Of a stretch of 60,142 nucleotides of DNA, positions 10,320-21,339 are shown in pieces. Position numbers and translations under genes: made by a program. The notes below the pieces were generated by a model. That model saw nothing but the letters and a program-made list of their open reading frames with translations. It ran no database searches and had not been told where the DNA came from. How positions within the stretch are numbered: the first letter of the stretch is position 1; every line of letters begins with the position of its first letter. This DNA is from an uncultured Acidimicrobiales bacterium. Its GTDB lineage: Bacteria > Actinomycetota > Acidimicrobiia > Acidimicrobiales > UBA10347. Location of the stretch: assembly GCA_943788915.1 (NCBI GenBank), contig CALSSD010000013.1, positions 310,001 to 370,142 of the forward strand, in the 5' to 3' direction.

Positions 10320-13300
10320 GTGAGCGAGCAGCTGCCGTATCCCCCCGTCAATCCCAAGTTAGATCTTCCCGCGCTTGAGCGGCGAATATTACAACAGTGG
10401 CAGGACGAAGACGCCTTCGCGGCCTCTATCGAGCAGCGGCCAGCTGACTCCGAGTATGTGTTCTATGACGGACCACCGTTCGCCAACGGCCTGCCCCATT
10501 ACGGGCATTTGTTGACGGGTTATGTCAAGGACGTCGTGCCCCGCTACCAGACCATGCGCGGCAACCGAGTCGAACGTCGTTTTGGCTGGGACTGCCATGG
10601 TCTGCCCGCCGAAATGGGGTCCGAACAAGAACTCGGGGTGTCTGGCCGACGAGCCATCACCGAATACGGCATCGACAAGTTCAACGAGTACTGCCGTTCC
10701 GCGGTGCAGCGGTATACCGCTGAGTGGGAGCTCTACGTCACCCGTCAGGCCCGCTGGGTCGACTTTGAGAACGACTACAAGACGATGGACGTCTCCTATA
10801 TGGAGAGCGTCATCTGGGCCTTCAAGCAGCTCTATGACAAGGGTCTGATCTACCGCGCCAATCGGGTCATGCCATACTCGTGGGGCGCAGAAACACCGCT
10901 CTCGAACTTCGAGATTCGTCTTGACGACGCAACCCGGCCTCGCCAAGACCCGGCGCTGACTGTTGCCTTCACCCTCGACGATGGCGTGCAGCTGCTTGCC
11001 TGGACCACAACGCCGTGGACCTTGCCGTCCAACCTCGCCCTCGCAGTCGGCCCTGCGATTAGTTACAGCCAGGTTCGGGCCGAAGGCGAATCCGCCGATT
11101 GGATCATGGGCACCGAGGCCCTTGGTCGCTACGGCCGTGAACTTGGCGACTACACGGTGGTGCAAGAAATGTCAGGCGCAGAACTCGTCGGCCGCACCTA
11201 CACACCCCTGCTCCCCTATTTCGCGGATCATCCTGATTCGTTCCGTGTACTCAGCGCTGAGTTCGTTGAGACCGGCGACGGCACCGGTGTCGTACATATG
11301 GCGCCAGGTTTCGGTGAAGACGATCAAGCAGTGTGCGAAGCCAACGGCATCACCATGGTTGTGCCCGTCGACGACGAAGGGAAATTCACCGACGAAGTCG
11401 GCGACTGGTCCGGCATCAACGTCTTCGAGGCCAACCCGCTCATCATCGATCACCTGAAGGATGCTGGCGTCATTGTTCGCCACGAGACCTACGACCACAA
11501 CTATCCGCACTGCTGGCGCACCGATACCCCGGTGATCTACCGGGCTCTGCCATCGTGGTATGTCGAGGTCACAGCGTTCCGCGACCGCATGGTCGAGCTC
11601 AACCAAGAAATCAACTGGGTTCCGAACAACGTCAAGGACGGTCGCTTCGGCAAATGGCTCGAGGGAGCACGCGACTGGTCCATCAGCCGCAACCGTTTCT
11701 GGGGTTCACCGATCCCTGTCTGGGAATCGGATGACCCGAACTACCCCCGCATCGATGTCTACGGAAGCCTCGATGAGCTCGAGGCCGACTTCGGCGTGCG
11801 TCCAACCGACCTCCATCGTCCATACATCGACGAGCTGACTCGCCCAAACCCCGACGATCCGACCGGCACTTCGACCATGCGCCGCGTCCCGGAGGTCTTC
11901 GACTGCTGGTTCGAGAGCGGGTCGATGCCCTACGCCCAGGTGCATTATCCGTTCGAGAACAAGGAATGGTTTGAAAACCATTTCCCAGCCGACTTCATCG
12001 TCGAGTACATCAATCAGACACGTGGCTGGTTCTACACCTTGCATGTGTTGTCAACCGCGCTGTTTGATCGACCGCCGTTCCAGAACGCGATCGCGCACGG
12101 CGTGGTCCTGGCCGAGAACGGCGACAAGTTATCGAAACGGCTCAAGAACTATCCCGATCCCCAAGAGATGCTCGAGACCGCCGGCGCCGACGCACTTCGC
12201 TGGTACATGATGGCTTCGCCGATCGTTCGAGGAGGCGACTTACGCATCAGCGAACGTGAAATTCGCGACGTGACCAGATTGATCATCAACCCCGTCTGGA
12301 ACGCCTATTCCTTCTTCAGTCTGTACGCCAACGCCGATGGCCTGGCTGCGGAGTTCGATGCTTCGAGCACCGACCTTGTCGATCGCTACATCTTGGCCAA
12401 GACACGCGAACTCGTCGAGTCGGTCACCAACGCCATGGACGCGTACGACCTGCCCGGTGCTACCGCCACGGCACAATCGTTTACCGACGCGCTGAACAAC
12501 TGGTACATCCGCCGCAGCCGTTCCCGTTTCTGGGCGCCAACGTCGGAAGCCAACCCTGGCGACAAACAGGCCGCCTACAACACCCTTTACACCGTCCTCG
12601 TGACCCTCAGCCGTACGTTGGCGCCTCTCCTGCCCATGGTGACCGACGAGATCCATCGCGGCCTCACCGGCGGCGACAACGTGCACCTCGCTGATTGGCC
12701 CGCTGCTGACGTCTTGCCATCTGACCCCGAACTGGTTGCGGCTATGGACCGGGTCCGCGAAGTCTGTTCAGCCACGCTCAACCTTCGAGAGGCTGAAGGA
12801 ATCGGAGTGCGCATTCCACTCGCCGAACTCACCATTGCTGGCAACGACACCGACGTTCTTGTCGAATTTGCCGACCTCATCAGCGATGAGATCAACGTAA
12901 AGAAGGTCACCTTCTCGACCGACCTCGACGCATTCGCCGCCAGAGTCCTCAAGCCCAACGGCAAGCTGCTCGGTCCCCGACTCGGCAAGGGTATGCAAGA
13001 CGTGCTTGCAGCGGCACGCGCCGGGCAATGGAGTCCGAACGACGACGGCACCGTAGCGGTAGGCGAACACACGCTTGCCCCCGACGAGTTCGAGATCGCT
13101 CTTGAGCCAGCCACCGATGGTGCCGTTGGCGGCTTGAGCTCTGGCGACGCGGTTGTCGTACTCGACACCGACCTCACGCCAGAACTTGTGAACGAGGGTC
13201 ATGCCCGCCAGCTGTCTCGATGGATTCAGGACGCCCGCCGTTCAGTTGGCCTCGACGTCACCGACCGGATTGCCTTGACCATCGCCACCGATGCCGAAGT

Positions 13301-13442
13301 CCAAGGATGGCTTGAACCCCACACCGACAATCTCGCTGCCCAGGTGCTCGCTATCCAACTTGGCTTCGGTGCCGTCGATTCCACTGAGTTTGTCTATGAA
13401 CTCGATGGCCACGCCGTCAGCTTCGCACTGGCAAAGATCTGA
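10320..13442 (+). CDS. ileS: Isoleucyl-tRNA synthetase, type 2 (archaeal/eukaryote-like)
   Basis: FYDGPPFANGLPHYGH, GWDCHGLP, WTTTPWTLPSN, DWSISRNRFWG, KLSKR. Start GTG 10320; the ORF-track start at 9882 overlaps the dksA-like gene. Confidence 0.96.
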   Translation: MSEQLPYPPVNPKLDLPALERRILQQWQDEDAFAASIEQRPADSEYVFYDGPPFANGLPHYGHLLTGYVKDVVPRYQTMRGNRVERRFGWDCHGLPAEMGSEQELGVSGRRAITEYGIDKFNEYCRSAVQRYTAEWELYVTRQARWVDFENDYKTMDVSYMESVIWAFKQLYDKGLIYRANRVMPYSWGAETPLSNFEIRLDDATRPRQDPALTVAFTLDDGVQLLAWTTTPWTLPSNLALAVGPAISYSQVRAEGESADWIMGTEALGRYGRELGDYTVVQEMSGAELVGRTYTPLLPYFADHPDSFRVLSAEFVETGDGTGVVHMAPGFGEDDQAVCEANGITMVVPVDDEGKFTDEVGDWSGINVFEANPLIIDHLKDAGVIVRHETYDHNYPHCWRTDTPVIYRALPSWYVEVTAFRDRMVELNQEINWVPNNVKDGRFGKWLEGARDWSISRNRFWGSPIPVWESDDPNYPRIDVYGSLDELEADFGVRPTDLHRPYIDELTRPNPDDPTGTSTMRRVPEVFDCWFESGSMPYAQVHYPFENKEWFENHFPADFIVEYINQTRGWFYTLHVLSTALFDRPPFQNAIAHGVVLAENGDKLSKRLKNYPDPQEMLETAGADALRWYMMASPIVRGGDLRISEREIRDVTRLIINPVWNAYSFFSLYANADGLAAEFDASSTDLVDRYILAKTRELVESVTNAMDAYDLPGATATAQSFTDALNNWYIRRSRSRFWAPTSEANPGDKQAAYNTLYTVLVTLSRTLAPLLPMVTDEIHRGLTGGDNVHLADWPAADVLPSDPELVAAMDRVREVCSATLNLREAEGIGVRIPLAELTIAGNDTDVLVEFADLISDEINVKKVTFSTDLDAFAARVLKPNGKLLGPRLGKGMQDVLAAARAGQWSPNDDGTVAVGEHTLAPDEFEIALEPATDGAVGGLSSGDAVVVLDTDLTPELVNEGHARQLSRWIQDARRSVGLDVTDRIALTIATDAEVQGWLEPHTDNLAAQVLAIQLGFGAVDSTEFVYELDGHAVSFALAKI

Positions 13443-13621
13443 ATCTGTTGGTTCGACTCATCGAGATTGATGGGTTGAGCCAACAGATCAGGCACGACAA
13501 ATGTGCTAGCCGAGCGCATCATTACTGACGCTCTCAGCGCGCAGTTTCGTGATCGGGTCGTGCGTGCACGAGCCACCGCCTGCTCAGCACTACGAGCTCA
13601 GTGAGTCGCTAGCGGTCGCTT

Positions 13622-14623
13622 CTACTTCTCGTCGTCGAAGAACCTGTCGGCTACATCACTATCGAGGCCGCCTTCAGAGTCGTCGGCGATGCCTCTGAGT
13701 TCTGCCAGAAACCGATCCGAATCGTCATTCTCGGGGGCAAGCGTTACGACGTCTTCGGCGGCAGCCCGCACTTCGGCCAAGAACGATCCGCCGAAACTAT
13801 CTTCGGCGTCATCGTCTCCTTCAGCATCGATGGAGATGACATCGGCGAGGTCGTCCTCGGTGCTTTGTGAGTCGTCGATATCGTCGACCGCATGCAGGTA
13901 GGTGGCATCGTCGGGAACGGACGACCCGAAGGCGACATCATCTTCGTGAACAAGATCTTGGTCGGCAACATCGTCGCCACTGTCGGCAGCTGAGCTAATC
14001 CCTGCAAGCGCAACATCGTCGTCGATGAAGTCTGGTAGGTCAACGCTCATGAGAGGCCCCGCTGCTGCTGCAGCCAAGGAGTCCGATGCTTCGCGAGCCT
14101 GACTCCGGTAACGATCGAGCGATGATTTCAGGTCAACCGCTTCGATGCGCAGATCATCGCGGACCCGCCGAACATGAGCGAGCTCAGCTGTGGCCTTGTC
14201 GCGTTCGACTTGAATAGCGCTGCGGGCCGCAGCCAGGCCCTGTTCGCGCACTTCTGCTGCTTGGGCTTCTATATCGCCTAGCAGTCGAGCGGCACGTTCG
14301 TCAGCATCGGCAACCACAACGGTCGCATGCTCGTCGGCCTCGGCCCGGCGACTGTCCGCTTCGACCTGTGCATCGTGGAGAACCCGGTCGGCCGTTTCTT
14401 GTGCGATGGCAAGGGTGCGGGTTACTGCACCTTCGGGATCGTGAAGACGGATGTCATTGCCGCTGATGTGAGTGGCAGCGGCGAGTGCGCGGCGTTGCTC
14501 GGCAATCTCACTCTGGAGTTCGCCAACATAGGCGTCGACCTCATCGCGGTCGTAACCCTCAGAGCGCATGGTGAAGCCCCTGAATGGGAACTCGCCTTCT
14601 GTCATGGTGCTGTCCTCCGACAC
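13622..14623 (-). CDS. divIVA: DivIVA domain protein (Wag31-like) with acidic tail
   Basis: F...GYDRDEVDAY DivIVA motif, coiled coil, position at the end of the dcw cluster. Confidence 0.8.
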   Translation of the reverse strand: MSEDSTMTEGEFPFRGFTMRSEGYDRDEVDAYVGELQSEIAEQRRALAAATHISGNDIRLHDPEGAVTRTLAIAQETADRVLHDAQVEADSRRAEADEHATVVVADADERAARLLGDIEAQAAEVREQGLAAARSAIQVERDKATAELAHVRRVRDDLRIEAVDLKSSLDRYRSQAREASDSLAAAAAGPLMSVDLPDFIDDDVALAGISSAADSGDDVADQDLVHEDDVAFGSSVPDDATYLHAVDDIDDSQSTEDDLADVISIDAEGDDDAEDSFGGSFLAEVRAAAEDVVTLAPENDDSDRFLAELRGIADDSEGGLDSDVADRFFDDEK

Positions 14624-14713
14624 GCGTCAATATGTACGGCTGCCCGAATCGTAGTAGTCGATCTAGTCGAATACAGGTTTTGGTTGTGTAGTTCTATCGG
14701 CGAAGCCCGAGGG

Positions 14714-15355
14714 TCAGCCGAGCAGGCCGCTGTCGCGCATCAAGCGATGGTCATCGGCGCTGAGTTGCACGTCTGCAGGAGTGACCAGGAACACCCGATC
14801 GCCGACCCGTTGCATCTGGCCCCGAAGGCCGTAACAGAGGCCGCTACAGAAGTCGATGAGCCGTCGACCTAATTCCGCATCAGTCTCTTGCAGATTCAGA
14901 ATGACAGGCGCACCACCACGGAAGCGGTCGGCAACCTCTTGTGCATCGTTAAAGCTGCGGGGCGCAACAAGTTGAGGTTTCGAACCAGGCACCGCGGGCA
15001 CAGCTTGCACGGAGCCCATCGGGGGTTCACTCGACCGCGTGACCTCGACCGGCCGCAACGAGGTGTTGGTCAGAGGCCGGACATCATCGACGGAGCCGGA
15101 TTCGTTCGTGCCGTACTCGCTGTCACTCATGGGGCCCAACGAACGGACCGCACTGAAGTCGTTGTGGTCGTGTTCGGTCATAGGACCAACAGGACCCTGA
15201 GCCGCAGTGCTAGACGCAGGCACCGAGCCTGCTGGCCGAGCATCCGTCCGGAGCGCAGGGTCGCTGAATCCCGACGACTGTGGATCGCCGGCCTGTTCGT
15301 ACTCTGCATCTGGACCGAGCCCGAGCCAGGTCATAGTGGTTTTCCAAATAGTCAT
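14714..15355 (-). CDS. sepF: Cell division protein SepF
   Basis: W..LGL amphipathic N-terminus, PRSFNDAQEVADRFR, RRLIDFCSGL, VFLVTP. Confidence 0.93.
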   Translation of the reverse strand: MTIWKTTMTWLGLGPDAEYEQAGDPQSSGFSDPALRTDARPAGSVPASSTAAQGPVGPMTEHDHNDFSAVRSLGPMSDSEYGTNESGSVDDVRPLTNTSLRPVEVTRSSEPPMGSVQAVPAVPGSKPQLVAPRSFNDAQEVADRFRGGAPVILNLQETDAELGRRLIDFCSGLCYGLRGQMQRVGDRVFLVTPADVQLSADDHRLMRDSGLLG

Positions 15356-15423
15356 TTCTCATCGCCCTAAGGGTTGAGCGTCAATAAATACTAGTGACTA
15401 GGAGCGGCCAGTAGGCGGAGGGG

Positions 15424-16113
15424 TCACTTCCGAGCCCCGAACAAGTCCGAACCAACCCGCACCATCGTCGATCCCTGACGGATCGCAACTTCGAGATCGG
15501 CCGTCATCCCCATCGAGCATTCGGCGAGACCGAGCCGGTCGACGTTGCTTCGCAGCTGGCCAAAGGCAGCTGCGGTCGCCCGCTCGTCAGCAGCAGTGCC
15601 AACACCCATCAGTCCAGCGACGTCGAGTCCAAGATCGTGGAGCCCTTGCACCAACGCGTCGATCTCATCGAACGAGCAGCCCGCCTTTTGAGACTCGGAC
15701 GACAGGTTCACCTGGGCAAACACTCTCGACCCAGGTGCGCGTTTCGCGATTTCACGACCGACCTTGATCCGGTCAACGGACTGCCATGTATGCACATGAT
15801 CAACCATCAGCCGAACCTTGTTGCTCTGCAACTGTCCAATGAAGTGCCAGCCAACAACACCGGCGGCGGCAGCAACGACCGGCGCCTTCGCTACCAGGTC
15901 TTGCGCATAGTTCTCACCCAGCTGAAGCAAACCCAAGCGCCGGGCAGCAATAGCGGCTTCGACAGGATGGCCTTTGGAGACGGGAAGGAGCGAAACATGC
16001 TCGCCGCCAACTGCGAACATACGTTGCTGGACAGCGTCGAGCCGCTCGGCCAGCGACGTCTGCCGGCGTGACACTTCGTCTTCGTCGAAACCCAGGTCAG
16101 TCATCGGCTGCAT
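15424..16113 (-). CDS. yggS: PLP homeostasis protein (YggS family)
   Basis: LLPVSK, GENYAQD, WHFIGQLQSNK, SMGMTAD, VRVGSDLFG. Confidence 0.93.
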   Translation of the reverse strand: MQPMTDLGFDEDEVSRRQTSLAERLDAVQQRMFAVGGEHVSLLPVSKGHPVEAAIAARRLGLLQLGENYAQDLVAKAPVVAAAAGVVGWHFIGQLQSNKVRLMVDHVHTWQSVDRIKVGREIAKRAPGSRVFAQVNLSSESQKAGCSFDEIDALVQGLHDLGLDVAGLMGVGTAADERATAAAFGQLRSNVDRLGLAECSMGMTADLEVAIRQGSTMVRVGSDLFGARK

Positions 16114-16795
16114 CCTCGATCCAAGCCGTCAGGGCAAGACGCCCCGGTTCGCGCCGAGCTCGATATGACCAGTACATATCGCCGTTACCGGCGGTGCAAT
16201 CGGCCGACCATGTTTCCACGGCCACACCAAGGCGGTCGAGCTCGCTGGCGATCGCGGCGGTCAGGTCGAGCGCTGGCTGACCAGCGTAGGTCGTCCCGGC
16301 GACGGTGTCGCCGAAGCGGTGGCGAAGCCGCTCAAGGTCTCGTGCACCGAACTCGTACTCCGCCGCCCGGATGTGGGGGCCGACCGCTGCAGTGATAACG
16401 CCCGAGGGTGTCAGATCACGGATACGACGAACGGTAGCTTCGAGCACGCCGAGCTCCAGCCCCTTCCAACCAGCGTGGGCAGCGGCGACCGCTCCCCCGT
16501 CAGAAATGAAACCTACCGGCGCACAGTCAGCTGAGTGCACCGCGAGAACGAGGTTGGATTCATCGGTGATCAGCGCGTCGGCGATATCGCCCTCCGGCTC
16601 GCTGTGCGTGACATCGACGACCCGGTCACTGTGTACTTGGCGGACAGCGCGCCACGGATGAGCGATAAGTGCTCGGCGCCGTTTCAGAAGTTCGTCGCTG
16701 GCGACGTTCGACGGTGACAGATCACCGTCGGCTCGCGTTGTATGGGCTAGCCGAGCGACTCGGCCGTTGCACTCGCGTGCGATGAGCGGCGTCAT
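16097..16795 (-). CDS. pgeF: Peptidoglycan editing factor PgeF/YfiH
   Basis: QVHS, ADALIT, SADCAPV, AHAGWKG, VGPHI, WSYR; directly downstream of ftsZ. Confidence 0.9.
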   Translation of the reverse strand: MTPLIARECNGRVARLAHTTRADGDLSPSNVASDELLKRRRALIAHPWRAVRQVHSDRVVDVTHSEPEGDIADALITDESNLVLAVHSADCAPVGFISDGGAVAAAHAGWKGLELGVLEATVRRIRDLTPSGVITAAVGPHIRAAEYEFGARDLERLRHRFGDTVAGTTYAGQPALDLTAAIASELDRLGVAVETWSADCTAGNGDMYWSYRARREPGRLALTAWIEDAADD

Positions 16796-16808
16796 TGGCC
16801 GCTGTGGT

Positions 16809-17948
16809 TCACTTGAGGAACGACGGAACGTCGAGGTCGTCGAAGTCCGCACCGGCTTCGACCGGAGCTGGGATCTCTTCGAACGGGTCGGAGAGATCAT
16901 CGAACACATCGATCTCTTCTGGATCGTAGACCGGAGGCGCTACAGCCGGGGCGACCGATTGTGGAGGCGCCGTTGCCGCTGCTGCGGGAGCCGTAGCGTC
17001 CGCCCAGCGGTCGAACCCAGCGGCGATAACGGTGACACGGATAGCGTCACCCATGTTCTCGTCGATGACCGTGCCGAAGATGATGTTGGCATCGGGGTGA
17101 GCGACGCCTTGGATTATTTCAGCAGCTTCGTTCACTTCGAGCAGGCCAAGCGTGGAGCTGCCGGTGATGTTCAGCAAGATACCGCGGGCGCCTTCGATCG
17201 AGGATTCAAGTAGCGGACTCGAGATCGCCTTGCGCGCAGCTCCTACGCCACGTTCCTCGCCGGACGACTCGCCGACACCCATGAGTGCTGAACCAGCATC
17301 GTTGAGGATCATCTTGACATCAGCGAAGTCTGTGTTGACCAAACCTGGCGTTGTGATCAGCGTGGTGATGCCTTGCACACCGTGCAGCAGAACATCGTCG
17401 GCGATTCGAAACGCCTCGATGATCGATGTGTCTGCGCTAGAGATTGACAACAAGCGATCGTTCGGGATCACGATTTGTGTGTCGACCTTTTCCTTGAGCT
17501 TGTTTATGCCCTGGTCAGCCTGCACGGAACGGCGTCGACCTTCGAATGCGAATGGGCGGGTGACCACACCGATAGTCAAAGCTCCGAGCGACTTCGCAAT
17601 ATCGGCAACGACGGGCGCAGCACCGGTGCCGGTACCGCCGCCTTCGCCAGCGGTGATGAAGACCATGTCGCTGCCCTCGAGGGCGGTACGGATCTCGTCT
17701 TCGTGGGCTTCGGCGGCAGCTGCGCCAATGTCGGGGTCGCTACCGGCGCCCAGCCCGCGGGTCAACTCACGTCCAATATCGATCTTGATTTCGGCATCGC
17801 TCATCAGCAACGCCTGAGCATCGGTATTGATCGCAACGAACTCGACGCCTCGCAAGCCGGCGTCGATCATGCGGTTGACGGCGTTCACGCCGCCGCCGCC
17901 GACGCCGACGACCTTGATCACTGCGAGGTAGTTGATTGGTGTAGTCAC
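16809..17948 (-). CDS. ftsZ: Cell division GTPase FtsZ
   Basis: [20 protein letters not shown] tubulin signature, C-terminal DLDVPSFLK. Confidence 0.99.
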   Translation of the reverse strand: MTTPINYLAVIKVVGVGGGGVNAVNRMIDAGLRGVEFVAINTDAQALLMSDAEIKIDIGRELTRGLGAGSDPDIGAAAAEAHEDEIRTALEGSDMVFITAGEGGGTGTGAAPVVADIAKSLGALTIGVVTRPFAFEGRRRSVQADQGINKLKEKVDTQIVIPNDRLLSISSADTSIIEAFRIADDVLLHGVQGITTLITTPGLVNTDFADVKMILNDAGSALMGVGESSGEERGVGAARKAISSPLLESSIEGARGILLNITGSSTLGLLEVNEAAEIIQGVAHPDANIIFGTVIDENMGDAIRVTVIAAGFDRWADATAPAAAATAPPQSVAPAVAPPVYDPEEIDVFDDLSDPFEEIPAPVEAGADFDDLDVPSFLK

Positions 17949-18074
17949 TGGTGCTCCATTCGCGCTGGGGGAAAGTCTAGCTCCCCAGAGCTGAAGTGCA
18001 GGGTTTAACTTGTAGAGTCTCGACCAACACTTAAGGGTTTGAACATGAACTTCGAGTAGAGGTTTTGTGATGAC

Positions 18075-18103
18075 AGTGTGGCCAGAGTTGTCCTTGAGGT
18101 CAA
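18075..18103 (-). promoter_or_regulatory. Putative sigmaA-type ftsZ promoter
   Basis: TTGACC (18103-18098), 17-nt spacer, CACACT (18080-18075) on the minus strand. Confidence 0.6.
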
Positions 18104-18130
18104 GGCCAACGTGATCTGAGGGTCCAGACT

Positions 18131-19010
18131 TCAGCAGTTTGGAGTGCGGCGTATCACCGGAACGGAGGGCGCTCGGACATTCAACGTGTCCAAACAGCTC
18201 AGATCAACTTGGGCAAGAAACGCACGCACTGCATCGAATTTTGCATCGAGATCACGAGCATCGCCTAAGGCAATATCGCCACCACCGACCACCTTTAAGA
18301 CCAATGAGTCGACGGTGATCTCGATGCGGTCGGTTACCGACGAAATATCCGCGGGGAGTACCGCTGCCACCCGCAGTGCATCATCGAGCACATCGGGAAT
18401 CTGCCGACCACGATCGGTGGAGAACATGGCGCCAGCGATCTCGGGTAACACGTCAATCTCGGGCGGCAGAGGCTCGAGGGGTGCTGGATCTCCAACCTCA
18501 TCTGTATTGCTCAACCCGGTATCGCTCAACCCTGCGTCCTCAACCCGATCCTCAACCCGTGCCGCCTCCAAGTGGGATCCGTTCGATGATTTCAAGGACC
18601 AATCCGTCACCAGCGATCACGGCCGTGCCATCGGCGGACTCAATCCGAGCAACAGGCAGACGTTCAGTGATCTCGACGGTGACGAGTCCGCCCCAGTTTG
18701 ACGCCACCGTGACCGCCGCGACTTCGGGCAAGAGCGCCAACCGTTCTTCGATCGTGTTGGTGTCCAGTCCCAAGACCGGCGTGCCCAATTCGACGCCGGC
18801 AACGTTGCGGAGGTACACAGCCGAGGTCCGCTCGGCACCCACAATGCGGACCTCATCCACGTCGAGCAAAGCGCTCTGTGTGGCAGCCCACCCGAGCAGG
18901 CCGAGAGCGATCAAGCCAGCCAGCACGATCAGCCTGCGTTGGCGAGAACGTTGCGTCTGATCCTCTACCTCGGCGCGCCGTTCGCGAAATTTCGGGTGCG
19001 GCATTGTCAT
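18131..19010 (-). CDS. ftsQ: Cell division protein FtsQ/DivIB, split by an apparent +1 frameshift near 18570
   Basis: TM helix and POTRA domain ([11 protein letters not shown]...ITERLPVA) in one frame, C-terminal part ([11 protein letters not shown]) in the next; ATGA overlap with murB. Confidence 0.8.
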
Positions 19011-21339
19011 CGAAAACCGACCATGCGCGTCTCTGCTACAAGCTCGATGCCTGCATGGTCCAACACGAGTTGGCGCACCTGCTCCATGACGGCTCGAACG
19101 TCTTCGGCCAAACCACCCGGTTCTGACTGGATGAAGTTGGCGTGTTTCTCGCTCACATGAGCGGAGCGGACCCGAATGCCTTTCCCACCCGCGGCGTCGA
19201 TGAGTCGGCCAGCGCTGTCCCCCGGTGGATTGGTGAACACCGATCCAGCGTTCTGTCCACCTGGTTGATGTTCGCGTCGCCACCGCACAATCTCGCCGAG
19301 TGTCTCATCGCCCTGTGACCCGCCGGGTGCAAGGTCCATGGTGACGTCGACCACGATGTCTGCCGAGGAGATCGACGAGGTCCGGTACCCAAAGGCGAGA
19401 TCGTCGTGGCTCCGAGTCGACCGTTCGCCCGTGAATGACGGATACCACGGTCGCTCTGGTCACGGTAGCTGCCATGTCAGAACCGTGGCCTCCGGCGTTC
19501 ATCGCCAACGCGCCGCCAACCGTGCCTGGTACGCCTACAGCCCATTCGAAACCAGAGAGTCCCTGCGACGCCAGACGACGGGCAGCGGCTGGCAACGACA
19601 CACCAGCGCCGAGAGTGACAGTGGTTCCGTCCATGGTCACCGTCTCGAAGTCGCCAACGAGTTGTACGGCCACACCCCAAAATCCTCGATCAGCCACCAG
19701 CATGTTCGAACCCTTGCCCAGCATCAGCAGCGGCACGTCATTCTTCGCCGCGCCGGAAACCAAGGCGACCAGGTCCTCGGCTGTCGACACTCGGGCATAG
19801 GCCAGCGCTGACCCGCCCACCCGATACGTCGTGAGCGCTCCGATGGGTTCGTTGAAACGAACCTCGGTAGTCGAAAGGTCTCCCACGAGCTCGACGAGCC
19901 ACGCCATCGAAGCTGGGGTGCGAACGCGGAGCTGATCGACCACTCGATCGGGCACGGTGGTGAGGTCGCCTGCGCCCATCGTCAAACACAGATCGCCTGG
20001 CCCCAGTGATGCGGCTAGATGGTTGGTGACGTCGTCCAGCGTGGGCTGCCAACTCACCGAGAGTTCCGGACAGGCAGATGTGACGGCGTCGAAGACGATG
20101 CGGCCGGTCACGCCTGGCCTCGGATCTTCGCCGGACGGATAGATATCGGTCAACACCAGATGATCGACACCGCGAAAGGAGTTCGCAAATGTGGCACCGA
20201 GCGCTTCGGTGCGGCTATATCGGTGAGGCTGGTACGCGGCAACAACGCGGTTCCATTGACCACCGGTAGCCGCAGCAATAGCTGACTCGACCTCGGCTGG
20301 CAGGTGTGCGTAGTCATCGACAAATCGGACACCTAGAGTGTTCGCCCCGAACCTCGAATCGGCGAGCAACTCCCGTGAACTGAGCCAGCCCAGCCGATGC
20401 GTCGTCGAACGACACCCCGAGTTCGAGTGCGATGGTGAGTGCAGCCGCAGCATTGAGCGCATTGTGCGTGCCTGGCAGTCCAACCGTGACCGGACCCATG
20501 CCACGACCGCGCCAGTAGACCTCGAAGCTGGTGGTATCGGACGTGACCAGGATGTCGCCAATACGCAGGTCAGCATCAGCCGCGGTTCCATACGTCACGA
20601 CACCAGATCGATCGAGCAAGACATGAGTATCGGGGTCGTCCACACACACCGCAGTGATACCTGGGACATCATCGACGAATGCACAAAAGGCTGCCTGCAG
20701 CCGTTCGGCAGAACCGTAGAACTCAAGATGATCGGGATCGAGGGACGTCACGATGGCGTGAGCACCAGGAAGTGTCAAGAACGTGCCGTCGCTCTCGTCG
20801 GCCTCGACAACGAAGTGCTCGGAGTCCACCCACCGCGCCCCGGTCCCGAAGTGGGCTACGTCGGAGCCGATGACAAACGATGGAGCGCACCCCGCATGTT
20901 CGAGCACCACCGACAGCATGGATGACGTCGTTGTTTTGCCATGGGTGCCAGCAACAAGAATCGCAGGTCGTATGGCAACGATGGCTGCCAGGATCTCTGC
21001 CCGTGAGTAGATCGGTGTGCCTCGTTCCATCGCCCCGATGATGTCTGGATTGGTAGGAGGCACGGCGGTGGATCGAGTCACCAGTTCAGCAGCGGCACCG
21101 TTCGCAGGGTCATGACCCACGGCAACGGTCGCTCCGAGCGCAACGAGTTCGTCGAGGTAGTGCGAAGCTGCTCGATCTGATCCCGACACCTGGTGCCCCA
21201 TCGCCAGCAAGATGCGTGCGATAGCTCGCATACCTGCGCCGCCAATTCCGACGATATGGATCGACCGGTTCTCGCTCAGGTCAATCGGGCGCACGACGGG
21301 ACGCACGTCTGCCACCACGACCGCTGGATCACTAGGCAC
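19007..21339 (-). CDS. murC-murB: Fused UDP-N-acetylmuramate--L-alanine ligase / UDP-N-acetylenolpyruvoylglucosamine reductase, with apparent +1 frameshifts near 20338 and 19436
   Basis: MurC: GIGGAGM, GTHGKTTT, EADESD, DDYAH, QPHRYSRT, MGAGD. In the same frame, MurB: TTYRVGG, GKGSN, PGTVGGALAMNAG; then NAGSVFTNP and SEKHANF. Confidence 0.85.

Noticed and set aside
18131..21339. murC, murB and ftsQ as true pseudogenes of a wall-less lineage
   Set aside because: Catalytic motifs are intact, there are no in-frame nonsense codons after correction, neighbouring mur genes are intact, and the same +1 pattern appears in unrelated genes.
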